A DNA stretch of 64,000 nucleotides from Candidatus Omnitrophota bacterium (GTDB lineage Bacteria; Omnitrophota; Gorgyraeia; Zapsychrales; JANLHA01). Below are positions 51,141-60,432 of this stretch, in pieces. The stretch is taken from contig JAKQKX010000045.1 in the NCBI GenBank assembly GCA_029560465.1, forward strand, positions 24,260 to 88,259, written 5' to 3'. Both the position numbers and the translations under genes were made by a program. The notes beneath the pieces were generated by a model. That model did not search any database. It was not told the origin of the DNA and saw only the letters and a list, made by a program, of their open reading frames with translations. Position 1 is the first letter of the stretch. The number at the start of each line of letters is the position of its first letter.

Positions 51141-51980
51141 TTATAAGGCCTCATAATTGTGTTTGATTTCTTCATATGTAAATACCGGGCCCTCCTGGCA
51201 ACAATAGAGATCGCCAATCTGGCAATGCCCGCATTTCCCAACCCCGCACTTCATATGCCGCTCCAGCGAAAGGATAATATGATCGTCCGCAAATTTTTTC
51301 TTGAGGAGCTCCTGAATGACGAACTTATACATGATCGGCGGCCCGACGATGACAGAGTACGTTTTGGAGGGGTCGCAATCGACACCAGGGATAAGCTTCG
51401 TGATCAGCCCGACATTCCCCTTCCAGCCCGCGTCCGCCTGGTCAACGGTTTTATTGACCACAACCCCCGGGCGATTTTCCCATTGCTCCAACTCATCGAC
51501 AAACAGCATGGTCTGGGGCGTTTTGCAGCCCAGAAGGATATTCAAATTCCCAAAATTCTTGCGGTTATCCAAAACATACGTGATCAGGGAGTGTAACGGG
51601 ATGTTCCCGCACCCCCCCCCGATAAACAAAAGGTCCTTGCCCTTTAACTTCTTAATGGGAAACCCACGGCCGAACGGGCCGCGGATCCCGACCGGATCCC
51701 CTGTCCCGAGCGCGTGCAGAGCCGAGGTCAAAGTCCCGGCTTTTCGGACAACCAGCTCAAAAGACCCCTTTCGGGTCGGAGAGGAAGAAATCGAAATCGG
51801 CGCTTCGCCCACCCCGGGGACCGAAATCATCACAAATTGCCCCGGGTCGTAATTAAAATCACTGACCCCGGCGAGTTGAATTTCAAAATAAGTCTCCTGG
51901 TCAGTCATTTTTTTCTTCGTTACGATCGTTCCGGTCATAACTTCATAAGAAGATTTTACGGCTTGCTTATGTTCTTTCAT
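51141..51980 (-). CDS. Group 3b hydrogenase gamma subunit (FAD/NAD(P)-binding, 2Fe-2S)
   Basis: PGQF, EAPISIS, RGPFGRG and LERHMKCGVGKCGHC motifs. Confidence 0.93.
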   Translation of the reverse strand: MKEHKQAVKSSYEVMTGTIVTKKKMTDQETYFEIQLAGVSDFNYDPGQFVMISVPGVGEAPISISSSPTRKGSFELVVRKAGTLTSALHALGTGDPVGIRGPFGRGFPIKKLKGKDLLFIGGGCGNIPLHSLITYVLDNRKNFGNLNILLGCKTPQTMLFVDELEQWENRPGVVVNKTVDQADAGWKGNVGLITKLIPGVDCDPSKTYSVIVGPPIMYKFVIQELLKKKFADDHIILSLERHMKCGVGKCGHCQIGDLYCCQEGPVFTYEEIKHNYEAL

Positions 51981-53008
51981 TTTGCTTCCTCAGCCAAAGC
52001 ATTGATGGTTTCTTTTAAATTTATTTTAGCCATACAGGTCCGGCTGCATCGCCCGCATCCAGTGCAAGCATAGGAATCAAACCTGGAAACAGGGAACCGG
52101 AATTTCCTGAAATACCGGTGCCGCTGGCGCTCGGAGCGGTCTTCCCGGAAATTCTCCCCCCCGGCGACCTTGGCAAAATTTTCACTCTGACAGCCGTCCC
52201 AGACACGGATGCGGCTGCCGGAATTCAAATCCAAGGCCAGTTCGTCCCGGATATCAAAACAATAACAGGTCGGGCACACATTGGTGCAATTGCCGCAGGA
52301 CAAGCATCGCCGGTTCAAATCCCCCCACACCTCGCTGTCTAACGTTTTATCAAAAACCTTTTTCAATTCATCCCGGGACACCCGGACTTCACTTTTAAAA
52401 AGGACGGCTTTCTTCTTACGCAGAGCCTTCAAAACGACCTTATCCTTTTCTTTCGCCGCCGGGAGCTTCATCTTCTGGACAAGGGCAGCGCCCTTATTCG
52501 TCCGAACATGCACCATAAAAAACGTGCCCAAGTCGGTCAGAAACAGGTCATACCCTCCTTTAGGCAGGTGATTGCGCATCAAGGCACAACTGGCAAATTC
52601 ATCACAATAATCGTTGCATTCAAGCCCGATAACCGCGATCTTGTTTTTCCTGGCTAAATAATTCACGTCCTTAGGATCCGTCGACATCGCTTTGTTCAAA
52701 AACTGGATACCCGCCAAATCACAGGTATGGACCCCGAACAAGATCAACTCTTCGCTCTTAACGACAGGGGTCCATTTTTTCTGACTTTTATTAAATTCCT
52801 GAATCTTTTCATGTTGCGGGATAAAGAATTTTTTAGGCGGCAAAATGGTGGGGATATACTTCAGGGCAATCTCTTTGCCCGACTTAACTTCGGCGAAAGC
52901 ATAATTGTTATACCCTTTCGCAACAGGAGCCATCACCGGCGCTGTCCGCCGCAGCTCTTTGATAAACTGACTGAAATCCGATTTCTTTAACACCACATAT
53001 TTATTCAT
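51977..53008 (-). CDS. Group 3b hydrogenase beta subunit (4Fe-4S dicluster)
   Basis: CLSCGNCTNVCPTCYC and CTGCGRCSRTC motifs. Confidence 0.93.
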   Translation of the reverse strand: MNKYVVLKKSDFSQFIKELRRTAPVMAPVAKGYNNYAFAEVKSGKEIALKYIPTILPPKKFFIPQHEKIQEFNKSQKKWTPVVKSEELILFGVHTCDLAGIQFLNKAMSTDPKDVNYLARKNKIAVIGLECNDYCDEFASCALMRNHLPKGGYDLFLTDLGTFFMVHVRTNKGAALVQKMKLPAAKEKDKVVLKALRKKKAVLFKSEVRVSRDELKKVFDKTLDSEVWGDLNRRCLSCGNCTNVCPTCYCFDIRDELALDLNSGSRIRVWDGCQSENFAKVAGGENFREDRSERQRHRYFRKFRFPVSRFDSYACTGCGRCSRTCMAKINLKETINALAEEAK

Positions 53009-53101
53009 ATTTCAGCCTCTTTTAATAGGATTAAAAAATATTATTTCAATATTATCATAAATCTCCGATCCGTCAAAACAAATATTCCCTCCGCTACTGC
53101 G

Positions 53102-53842
53102 TTACGGACGGCCCCTCCCGGTCGCAGACCTTTTCCAAAGGACCTCTTCGTCTCCCGGTGAAAAGATAGGAGAAACAATCTCCCATTTCTCCCTCAACGC
53201 CTTCAATTCTTCCGAAGTGTATTGACGTTGATCCAGAAAGGCGGGAGCCACCAGGTGGTCCCGAAGGACAAATTCCTGCAAAACATACCGTTGGGGATGA
53301 CGAAGCGTTTTATGAATATCCGCCAGGGTTTGTTCCTCTATAAAAGGCCTCACCGCGGTAGACCGGAATTCATAATTAAGGCCAGATGCCAACAGAAGAT
53401 GGATACTGTCTTCAATACAGCCCGTATCCACCTCCACTCCGCAGGCTTGCCTGTACCGGCCCAGCGATGTCTTGATGTCCATCGCCACGTAATCCACTAA
53501 ATGTTTCTGAAAAAGAGACGACAGGATGTCAGGACGGCTACCGTTTGTGTCGAGCTTCACTAGGTAGCCCAAATCCTTAACAGTTTTTAAAAAGGAAGGT
53601 AAATCCGTTTGGATAGTCGGTTCACCGCCGGTGACCGTGAGCCCCTGCAAAACACCCCGGCGTTCTGCCAAGAAACTCAAAACCTCGGCTTCAGGAACAG
53701 GGGTGCGGAAGGAAGACGGCACCACCAGTTCTGTGTTATGACAAAAGGGGCAGAGGAAATTACACCCTTGCGTAAAAACAACCGCCGCAACCTTACCCGG
53801 ATAATCCACCAGGGAGCATTTTAAGAATCCCCCGATTTGCAT
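53102..53842 (-). CDS. nrdG: Anaerobic ribonucleotide reductase activating enzyme
   Basis: SLVDYPG, CNFLCPFCHN and GGEPT motifs; adjacent to nrdD. Confidence 0.93.
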   Translation of the reverse strand: MQIGGFLKCSLVDYPGKVAAVVFTQGCNFLCPFCHNTELVVPSSFRTPVPEAEVLSFLAERRGVLQGLTVTGGEPTIQTDLPSFLKTVKDLGYLVKLDTNGSRPDILSSLFQKHLVDYVAMDIKTSLGRYRQACGVEVDTGCIEDSIHLLLASGLNYEFRSTAVRPFIEEQTLADIHKTLRHPQRYVLQEFVLRDHLVAPAFLDQRQYTSEELKALREKWEIVSPIFSPGDEEVLWKRSATGRGRP

Positions 53843-55944
53843 ATCTGATATGTCTTTCTGTTGAGGAATTCCTCTTTCTTCCCTTTGTTCCATTGCTGGA
53901 CAGGCCGAAGATATCCGACAACGCGCGAATAAATCTCACATTCATCTTCGCATTTGAGGCAGTATTTATGCTCTCCGGCAATATACCCGCAATTGGGACA
54001 AACACTGAATGTCGGGGTGATCGTGAAGTACGGGAGCCGGTAATTCGTGCAGACAGTCTTAATCAGCTGCTTCAGGGCTTCAATGTCTGAAATCCTCTCC
54101 CCCACGAAAATGTGCAACACCGTCCCGCCGGTATATTTGACTTGCAGATCGTCCTGAAGTTCGAGGACTGTAAAAATATCATTGGAATAATTGACCGGGA
54201 GATGCGTCGAATTTGTATAAAACGGCTCGGCACCACCCTCGCAGGCGCAGGAATTGGCACAGATGATGTCCGGGTACTGTTCCCGGTCCACCTTGGCCAT
54301 GCGGTAAGACACGCCTTCCGCAGGGGTCGCTTCCAGGTTATAATTATTTCCGGTCTCCTCCTGGAACTGCATAAGTTTATCGCGCATAAAATCTAGGACC
54401 CGCAGGGCGAACTCCCGTCCTTGCGGCGATGCGATATTGACTCCCAGGAGGTTCTGGCAGGACTCATTCATCCCGATCAGGCCAATCGTCGAGAAATGAT
54501 TTTTCCAATACTGGGAAAACCGCTGTTTAACCTGGCGCAAATAATACCGGGAATACGGGTACAGGCCGGAGTCCGTGAATTCCTCCAGCACTTTCCTTTT
54601 GACTTCCAGGCTTTCTTTGGCTAAAACCATGAGGTGCTCAAGCCGCGTGTAGAAATCCTGTTCGTCCGCGGCGACATGACCCAGTTGGGGCAAATTAATC
54701 GTCACCACCCCGATGGACCCGGTGAGCGGGGAAGCGCCGAACAGCCCGCCACCGCGGTTACGGAGTTCCCGGTTATCCAGACGCAAACGGCAGCACATGC
54801 TGCGGGCGTCTTCGGGATTCATGTCGGAATTCACAAAATTCGCGAAATAGGGAATCCCGTATTTGGCCGTCATTTGCCATAAAAGGTACAGGTTGGGATT
54901 ATCCCAGTCGAAATCCTTAGAAATATTATACGTGGGGATCGGGAAGGTAAACACACGCCCTTTCGCGTCCCCTTCCAGCATCACATCCAGAAACGCCTTG
55001 TTCAGGATATCCATTTCCTCCTGGAAATCTTTATAGGTTTCTTTTTGCGCCTGGCCGCCGATAATCACCGGCATGTCGGCAAAGAACGACGGGACATGCA
55101 AATCAAACGTCAGGTTGGTGAACGGCGTCTGGAACCCGACTCTTGTCGGCACATTAACATTAAAAACAAATTCCTGCAGGGCCTGCTTGACCTCATCATA
55201 CGTCAATTTGTCATACCGGATAAACGGCGCCAAGAGCGTGTCGAAATTAGAAAAGGCCTGCGCCCCGGCCGCTTCCCCTTGCAAAGTGTAAAAGAAATTC
55301 ACGATCTGGCCCAAAGCGCTGCCGAAATGCTTGGCCGGAGCCGACTCCATCTTTCCGGAAGCGCCCCGGAAGCCGTTTTTAAGCAGATCCTGCAGATCCC
55401 ACCCGACACAATAAACGCTCAGGAGCCCGAGGTCATGAATGTGGAAACGCGCGTCACGGTGGGCTTCTTTAATCTGCGGGGTATAAATTTTATTCAGCCA
55501 GTATATTTTAGTGACTTCCGTCGATATATAATTATTAAGCCCCTGCAGGGAATAGGCCATGTTGCTGTTTTCGTTGACTTTCCAGTCCAGCCGTTCCAAA
55601 TACTGATCCACCAGCCCGACATGGCTTTTAGAGGTGATTTCCCGGATTTTGGCGTGCTGATCCCGATAGATGATGTAAGCTTTTGCGGATTTCTTGTAAG
55701 GGGACGTGATGAGGACTTCCTCCACAATATCCTGGATTTCTTCCACGCTCGGGTAGCGTTCCGCGAATAATTGATGCGCGATATTGACAGCGCGGATCGT
55801 TAAATTTCGGGCTACTGGATCGTCAAATTCCCCGGTGGCTTGTCCAGCTTTGAGAATAGCCATGGTAATTTTCTGCGGGAGGAAATCTTCGACCTTGCCG
55901 TTGCGCTTCAGAATACTGACAATGGTACCCGTTGCCTGCATCAA
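53821..55944 (-). CDS. nrdD: Class III anaerobic ribonucleoside-triphosphate reductase with ATP cone
   Basis: N-terminal ATP cone, SMCCRL, EATPAE, C-terminal CxxC pairs and the RVVGY glycyl-radical motif. Confidence 0.97.
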   Translation of the reverse strand: MMQATGTIVSILKRNGKVEDFLPQKITMAILKAGQATGEFDDPVARNLTIRAVNIAHQLFAERYPSVEEIQDIVEEVLITSPYKKSAKAYIIYRDQHAKIREITSKSHVGLVDQYLERLDWKVNENSNMAYSLQGLNNYISTEVTKIYWLNKIYTPQIKEAHRDARFHIHDLGLLSVYCVGWDLQDLLKNGFRGASGKMESAPAKHFGSALGQIVNFFYTLQGEAAGAQAFSNFDTLLAPFIRYDKLTYDEVKQALQEFVFNVNVPTRVGFQTPFTNLTFDLHVPSFFADMPVIIGGQAQKETYKDFQEEMDILNKAFLDVMLEGDAKGRVFTFPIPTYNISKDFDWDNPNLYLLWQMTAKYGIPYFANFVNSDMNPEDARSMCCRLRLDNRELRNRGGGLFGASPLTGSIGVVTINLPQLGHVAADEQDFYTRLEHLMVLAKESLEVKRKVLEEFTDSGLYPYSRYYLRQVKQRFSQYWKNHFSTIGLIGMNESCQNLLGVNIASPQGREFALRVLDFMRDKLMQFQEETGNNYNLEATPAEGVSYRMAKVDREQYPDIICANSCACEGGAEPFYTNSTHLPVNYSNDIFTVLELQDDLQVKYTGGTVLHIFVGERISDIEALKQLIKTVCTNYRLPYFTITPTFSVCPNCGYIAGEHKYCLKCEDECEIYSRVVGYLRPVQQWNKGKKEEFLNRKTYQICKSGDS

Positions 55945-56020
55945 ACCCCTCCTTTTTCTATAGAGTATCTTTGGTAATTATATTACGGATTGACTTACTG
56001 GATACGCCTGAAGTAACGGC

Positions 56021-56075
56021 ATTATCCCATACAACATATTGTGTGTCAACATTTAAATAAACTTATATATGGTAT
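56021..56075 (-). promoter_or_regulatory. nrdD promoter with tandem NrdR boxes
   Basis: TTGACA-17 bp-GATAAT (56049-56021). Box ataCaAcATaTtGtgt (56029-56044) lies in the spacer; box aacttAtATaTgGtat (56060-56075) starts 31 bp away. Confidence 0.85.
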
Positions 56076-56527
56076 TTTTACAAAAATTTAACCGATAACA
56101 AATCCCCGTCCCAGCCCCTGGTGAGAGGGCGGCTGGCTGTTTAAAATGCTCTTTTAAGAATGCGGATAACGTTGAACACCCCGCGCGCGGCAACAAGGCA
56201 ACGGGGCTGGATCATGAAAGGATGGAACATCAAAAACATCATATCAAACCGGGATTCAGTATTGTGGCGTCAAAATTTATCTTCTTTTTAAACCACCGCT
56301 GCTGTTCAAAGCGGCATGATTCAATCTTATAGAAAAAAAACAGAAAGTCAACTCCTAAACCACATTATTTTTTCTCGACGGGGAGGATGCCGCAAAGACA
56401 CAATTCCGGGCCACGCCCCTTCTTCCCCAATAGCAAAATTTCTTCCCGCGTCGAGATGTCATATCAGGATGGCGGGAATAATTATCAATCCCTCAAAAAG
56501 GGCGCCCCTGCTCAGGCCCCCGGGGAG

Positions 56528-56998
56528 TCACAATTCCAGCGATAATTCAAGCTTTTCTACCCCGTCCGACAAAATCACCTTGTCCTCAAGAATTTCGATC
56601 ACGGTGAAACCACCCAACTGGCTGCCGACCTGGACAATTTTATTATTGATGATCGCCTTAGGCTGGCCCGGGCCCGAATCCCAGGCGATGCCGATCAAAT
56701 AAAATTTAACCTCCTGCGCGGCGTCATCCCCTTCTTTTTCAATCGGTTTTAAGGTAAACGGGTCCCGCACCAGCGGCATGCTTTGGGCCTCGGCCTGCAA
56801 TTGGCGAAAAGGGGACAATTTCACAGCCGGCGAGGCGGCCGGAGATTTGGCGGCCGCCGCAGTCGTTCCGGCCCTGGCGGCAGGCTTACGCTTCTTATTA
56901 TTTCTGCCATTTTTCCCCATCCCCAGGGCCAGGATAACGGCCAGAATAACGGCAAGCACTCCGGTGACCGCGATCTGAATTTTATCCTTCTTGTTCAT
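56528..56998 (-). CDS. PilP/GspC/MshK-like pilus accessory protein
   Basis: N-terminal TM helix, RDPF, and LIGIAWD..AIINNKIVQVG..VIEI; follows pilO. Confidence 0.7.
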   Translation of the reverse strand: MNKKDKIQIAVTGVLAVILAVILALGMGKNGRNNKKRKPAARAGTTAAAAKSPAASPAVKLSPFRQLQAEAQSMPLVRDPFTLKPIEKEGDDAAQEVKFYLIGIAWDSGPGQPKAIINNKIVQVGSQLGGFTVIEILEDKVILSDGVEKLELSLEL

Positions 56999-57588
56999 AC
57001 AGGCGACGCCCCAAATAAATAAAGTTTTAGCTCAATGGAAATACTTAATATCCCCTCTGTGGCGTCGACCCGGTCCAAGCCCAGCCGCTCCACCGTGACA
57101 AAATATTCCGGGCTGGATCCCAGTTCCTCAAAATACCCCACGAGGTCCTGAAAACGGCCTTTCAACTGACCCGTCACAGAAATATAGCCGCACTCCGCGG
57201 CCCCGAACTTCAAAGCCCTGTTTTTATTATCTGTGCTTTTACGTTTAATCCCTATCCGGGTGGATACAATTTCCAAATTGTGGTTCCGGGCGGCATTGGC
57301 GAGCGCCCTCACCCCCTGGTCTTCTTTTTCAGGAAACCGATGACGGAAAAGGGCGACCTCGTCCTGCAGCTCCCGCAGCCCCTGTTGAATATTGCGATTT
57401 TTGCCGGCCATCAATTCTACTCTGTCAATCTCCATTTCCACGGCTTTGAGCTCTGATTTAACCGCCCGCAGTTCCCGGTAAGCAGGGACATACACGCCCA
57501 GCAATACCCCCAGGAAAAGGCACATCAACACCCCTATCTCGACATATTTCTGTTCCGTGTTTGACAGGGACTGCCATTTTTTCTTCAT
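56995..57588 (-). CDS. pilO: PilO/MshJ-like pilus alignment protein
   Basis: TM helix, coiled coil, and a G.F..L..YF..L ferredoxin-like domain; follows the PilM-N fusion. Confidence 0.75.
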   Translation of the reverse strand: MKKKWQSLSNTEQKYVEIGVLMCLFLGVLLGVYVPAYRELRAVKSELKAVEMEIDRVELMAGKNRNIQQGLRELQDEVALFRHRFPEKEDQGVRALANAARNHNLEIVSTRIGIKRKSTDNKNRALKFGAAECGYISVTGQLKGRFQDLVGYFEELGSSPEYFVTVERLGLDRVDATEGILSISIELKLYLFGASPV

Positions 57589-59450
57589 TATTTCACCAGG
57601 TCACAGGTTATAGAAAAATTCTGGATGCCGCCCACCCCTTCTATCGAAACAATCGTCGCATCTGAAAGAAAAACGGTTTTCTCCATATCCTGCATAAATG
57701 TGGTTAAGATCTGCTCCGCCAACTCGGCTTTTTCAGCGACAATTCCGTCAATGCTGAGCTGATTCGACCCCTGATTGAAATTAACCCGGCGAAGGATAAC
57801 CTGCCGCGGGATGGACGCGCTGATAACTTTTAAAACCCCCTCCAAAGGGAGATGCCCCGCCAAAAGTTTTTCCTGAAAAACCGTGCTCTCGTTTAACGTG
57901 TTGGTCGTATCTTCAATTTCCTTAATGACAGACCAATGGATCCGCGCGGCCGCCAACCTCCCGGTAAAATCCTTTGTTTGCAGTTTCACCACCAGCAGCA
58001 ATAACAGCAGAATAAAAATAGCCGTAATGCCGCCCACCCGTATGCACATCCTCTCCAATTGATCGAGTCTTTTGTGCTTAATCTCCAGCGGCAACAGGTT
58101 GACCCCGTCTTTAAGATTCAAGGACGCCCCCAAAAGAGTCGTAATCTGGCTGCAAAAAACCTCCCGGGATTCATGCGCCTGGGGAGCAGACTTGTCTATG
58201 CCGAGCACCGCACCCAGCCCTTGCAGAGAGCCGCCCCTTAAGTCTTCACTGTGCAAAACCTGCTTCGCCCCCGACGCGTTGATGATCTTCTTTTTCCGCT
58301 CCTCACGCGACCCGCCCGGCCCCGCCTCTGGCTTTAAGGCCTCTGCCCCTTCCCGTCCGGCCATAGAAAGATCCGGCTGATGCCCGCCCAATTCCGAGAC
58401 GGATTCAAGGTTAATGGTGTCGGGAACGGGCAGGGGGCACACGCGGATCCCCAGTTCACGGCTCAAATACAAGTCCATCCCTTTTAAATTCGCCCCTCCG
58501 CCGGTGATATAAAGGACCGGAGGCGGCTCCACATTAAAATTGGCGGCGTAATAATCAAAAGAAAATTTCAATTCCCTGGTTAGGACTTCCAGGATCGGCC
58601 GGAGCATGGACACCACATGCTTCAATTGGATATTGTCCCGGACGAAACGGTTTTCGTCGTAAACGCCGGATGGGAACCCGACGGTATTTTTGATGTCTTC
58701 GGCTTCCTCGTACGTTAATTCAATTTTACCCTTATCGGAAACAAGAATTTCCGTCAAAGACTGGGTGATTTTCTCCCAGGAAATCGGCATGTTCCTGGAA
58801 AAATGGATTTTATTGTCCATAAAAAACGTCAACGTCGCCTGCTGAAAATCCAAATCCAGGACAGCGCAGCTCTTTTGCTCATACGCCAGGGCCTGCAAGA
58901 TATTGCTGTACGCCAGCACGTTCGCCGTGACACACACGGGGTTCAGCGCGCACGCCGCTAACGCGGCCAGATGACGGTCTAAAACATCTTTCTTAATAAC
59001 GATAAAGGCGGCGTCCTTCTTTTTTGTGCCTTCTGCCTCATAAGATTCCCTGACGACCTGCCAGTCCACATAAGCTTCGTCCAGCTCGAACAGGACCTCC
59101 TCTTTTAATTGGGACCGGACAGCGGCCAACACGTCCTCTTTGCGGGAAAGATCCGGGGCCGAAAGATACGCGACGCCTAACGCATCCGCGTCGGAAATGC
59201 TCAGGATAACATCTTTGACAGCGATCTCATGCTTAGCCATAAAATCCCGGACAAACTGGACAAGGGGCTCTGGGCCGGCCTCTTCTGAAAACGGCAACGG
59301 CTGGACCTGATACTTATACACTTTCCATGAACCCGGGAACTTTTCCAAATAAGCGATCTTGACGACACCCTGCGCGATGTCAATGGTTAGGAATTGTTCG
59401 GGCTTTTTCCGCAGTTTGTTCCAAATTGTCTCAAGACGATCTAGCCACAT
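57588..59450 (-). CDS. PilM-PilN fusion (actin-like domain, TM helix, periplasmic domain)
   Basis: TIDI, VLDL and ITGGGANLKG (PilM); VNLLP, a TM helix and IP..V.L (PilN). Confidence 0.82.
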   Translation of the reverse strand: MWLDRLETIWNKLRKKPEQFLTIDIAQGVVKIAYLEKFPGSWKVYKYQVQPLPFSEEAGPEPLVQFVRDFMAKHEIAVKDVILSISDADALGVAYLSAPDLSRKEDVLAAVRSQLKEEVLFELDEAYVDWQVVRESYEAEGTKKKDAAFIVIKKDVLDRHLAALAACALNPVCVTANVLAYSNILQALAYEQKSCAVLDLDFQQATLTFFMDNKIHFSRNMPISWEKITQSLTEILVSDKGKIELTYEEAEDIKNTVGFPSGVYDENRFVRDNIQLKHVVSMLRPILEVLTRELKFSFDYYAANFNVEPPPVLYITGGGANLKGMDLYLSRELGIRVCPLPVPDTINLESVSELGGHQPDLSMAGREGAEALKPEAGPGGSREERKKKIINASGAKQVLHSEDLRGGSLQGLGAVLGIDKSAPQAHESREVFCSQITTLLGASLNLKDGVNLLPLEIKHKRLDQLERMCIRVGGITAIFILLLLLLVVKLQTKDFTGRLAAARIHWSVIKEIEDTTNTLNESTVFQEKLLAGHLPLEGVLKVISASIPRQVILRRVNFNQGSNQLSIDGIVAEKAELAEQILTTFMQDMEKTVFLSDATIVSIEGVGGIQNFSITCDLVK

Positions 59451-59483
59451 GGTATTTTAACGTGTTTTGCCCCGTGCCTCCTG

Positions 59484-60050
59484 TTATTGAAAACGCGGCA
59501 CATAAACCGCCGACATCCCTTCGCTGTGCCCCTCCCACTGCTCAACCTGGCCTGCCCCGTCCTGGACGCTCAGGCCGATCGTGATCCAACGGACATCCTC
59601 CGCGTCTGCCGTCACGGTCTCCGCGCTGTCATAATAGGTGAACACGGCGCCGCTCAAGCCGGCGGCGGTGACTCCGGACGGCCAGTAATACGGGACTACA
59701 TATTCCGTCCCGCCGTCAATCGAACGGTACAGCTTCCCATTTCCCGTATCCAGGCGGTACCGGACCGTGTCCCCGTCCTGGTTGATAAACGTAAGGTCAT
59801 CATCCGCGATCGAGCTCATCGCCCGGCTGAAACGCAAGCCTTTGGCCGTCGCGTCCCCTTCAATCAGGACATCCTGGATCCGTTCCAGGATCATGTCCGT
59901 GTTCATCTGGCTGGGGAGATAAATGGTGTTCTGCACGAAATGAATCATGATATAGGCCGCCGGTACAGAAAGAATCCCGACGACCACGATCACCATGATC
60001 AGCTCGATTAACGTGAAGCCATTGCCTCGATTATACTCCAAATTGCACAT
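59484..60050 (-). CDS. Minor pilin (MshO/GspJ-like)
   Basis: G|FTLIELIMVIVVVGIL motif. Confidence 0.85.
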   Translation of the reverse strand: MCNLEYNRGNGFTLIELIMVIVVVGILSVPAAYIMIHFVQNTIYLPSQMNTDMILERIQDVLIEGDATAKGLRFSRAMSSIADDDLTFINQDGDTVRYRLDTGNGKLYRSIDGGTEYVVPYYWPSGVTAAGLSGAVFTYYDSAETVTADAEDVRWITIGLSVQDGAGQVEQWEGHSEGMSAVYVPRFQ

Positions 60051-60432
60051 TTTTCACACGATAAGTAATAAAATTTGCCAATACGTCCGAAGACCCGTGC
60101 TTCGTGACTTCAACCCGCACCGATTTCAAACTTTCCGCGCTTGAGCCATTGCCGTACACATAGCTGACGGTTGTGTCAACGTCAAAGTCATACCCCTGAT
60201 AATTGGATTGAGACATCGTCAGAAGGCTGTCATAGTCTATATTATTCTGGCGCTCCATTTCCATACGGCCAAGCTGAACCGCCAGCAGGTGATCGGCTGA
60301 CAGGAAAACGCCTTCCACATGCTCATACATCATGAGCGTCAACGGCACCGCGACAATGCCCAAAACCACCATGGTCATGACCAGCTCGATGAGGGTCACG
60401 CCGCGGCACGGATTAAGGAGAAATTTCTTCAT
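60031..60432 (-). CDS. Minor pilin (MshD/GspI-like)
   Basis: G|VTLIELVMTMVVLGIV motif. Confidence 0.85.
   Translation of the reverse strand: MKKFLLNPCRGVTLIELVMTMVVLGIVAVPLTLMMYEHVEGVFLSADHLLAVQLGRMEMERQNNIDYDSLLTMSQSNYQGYDFDVDTTVSYVYGNGSSAESLKSVRVEVTKHGSSDVLANFITYRVKNVQFGV

Noticed and set aside
55945-56527. Cobalamin riboswitch upstream of nrdD
   Set aside because: I could not find the conserved B12-box elements in order; the NrdR boxes explain the proximal region.
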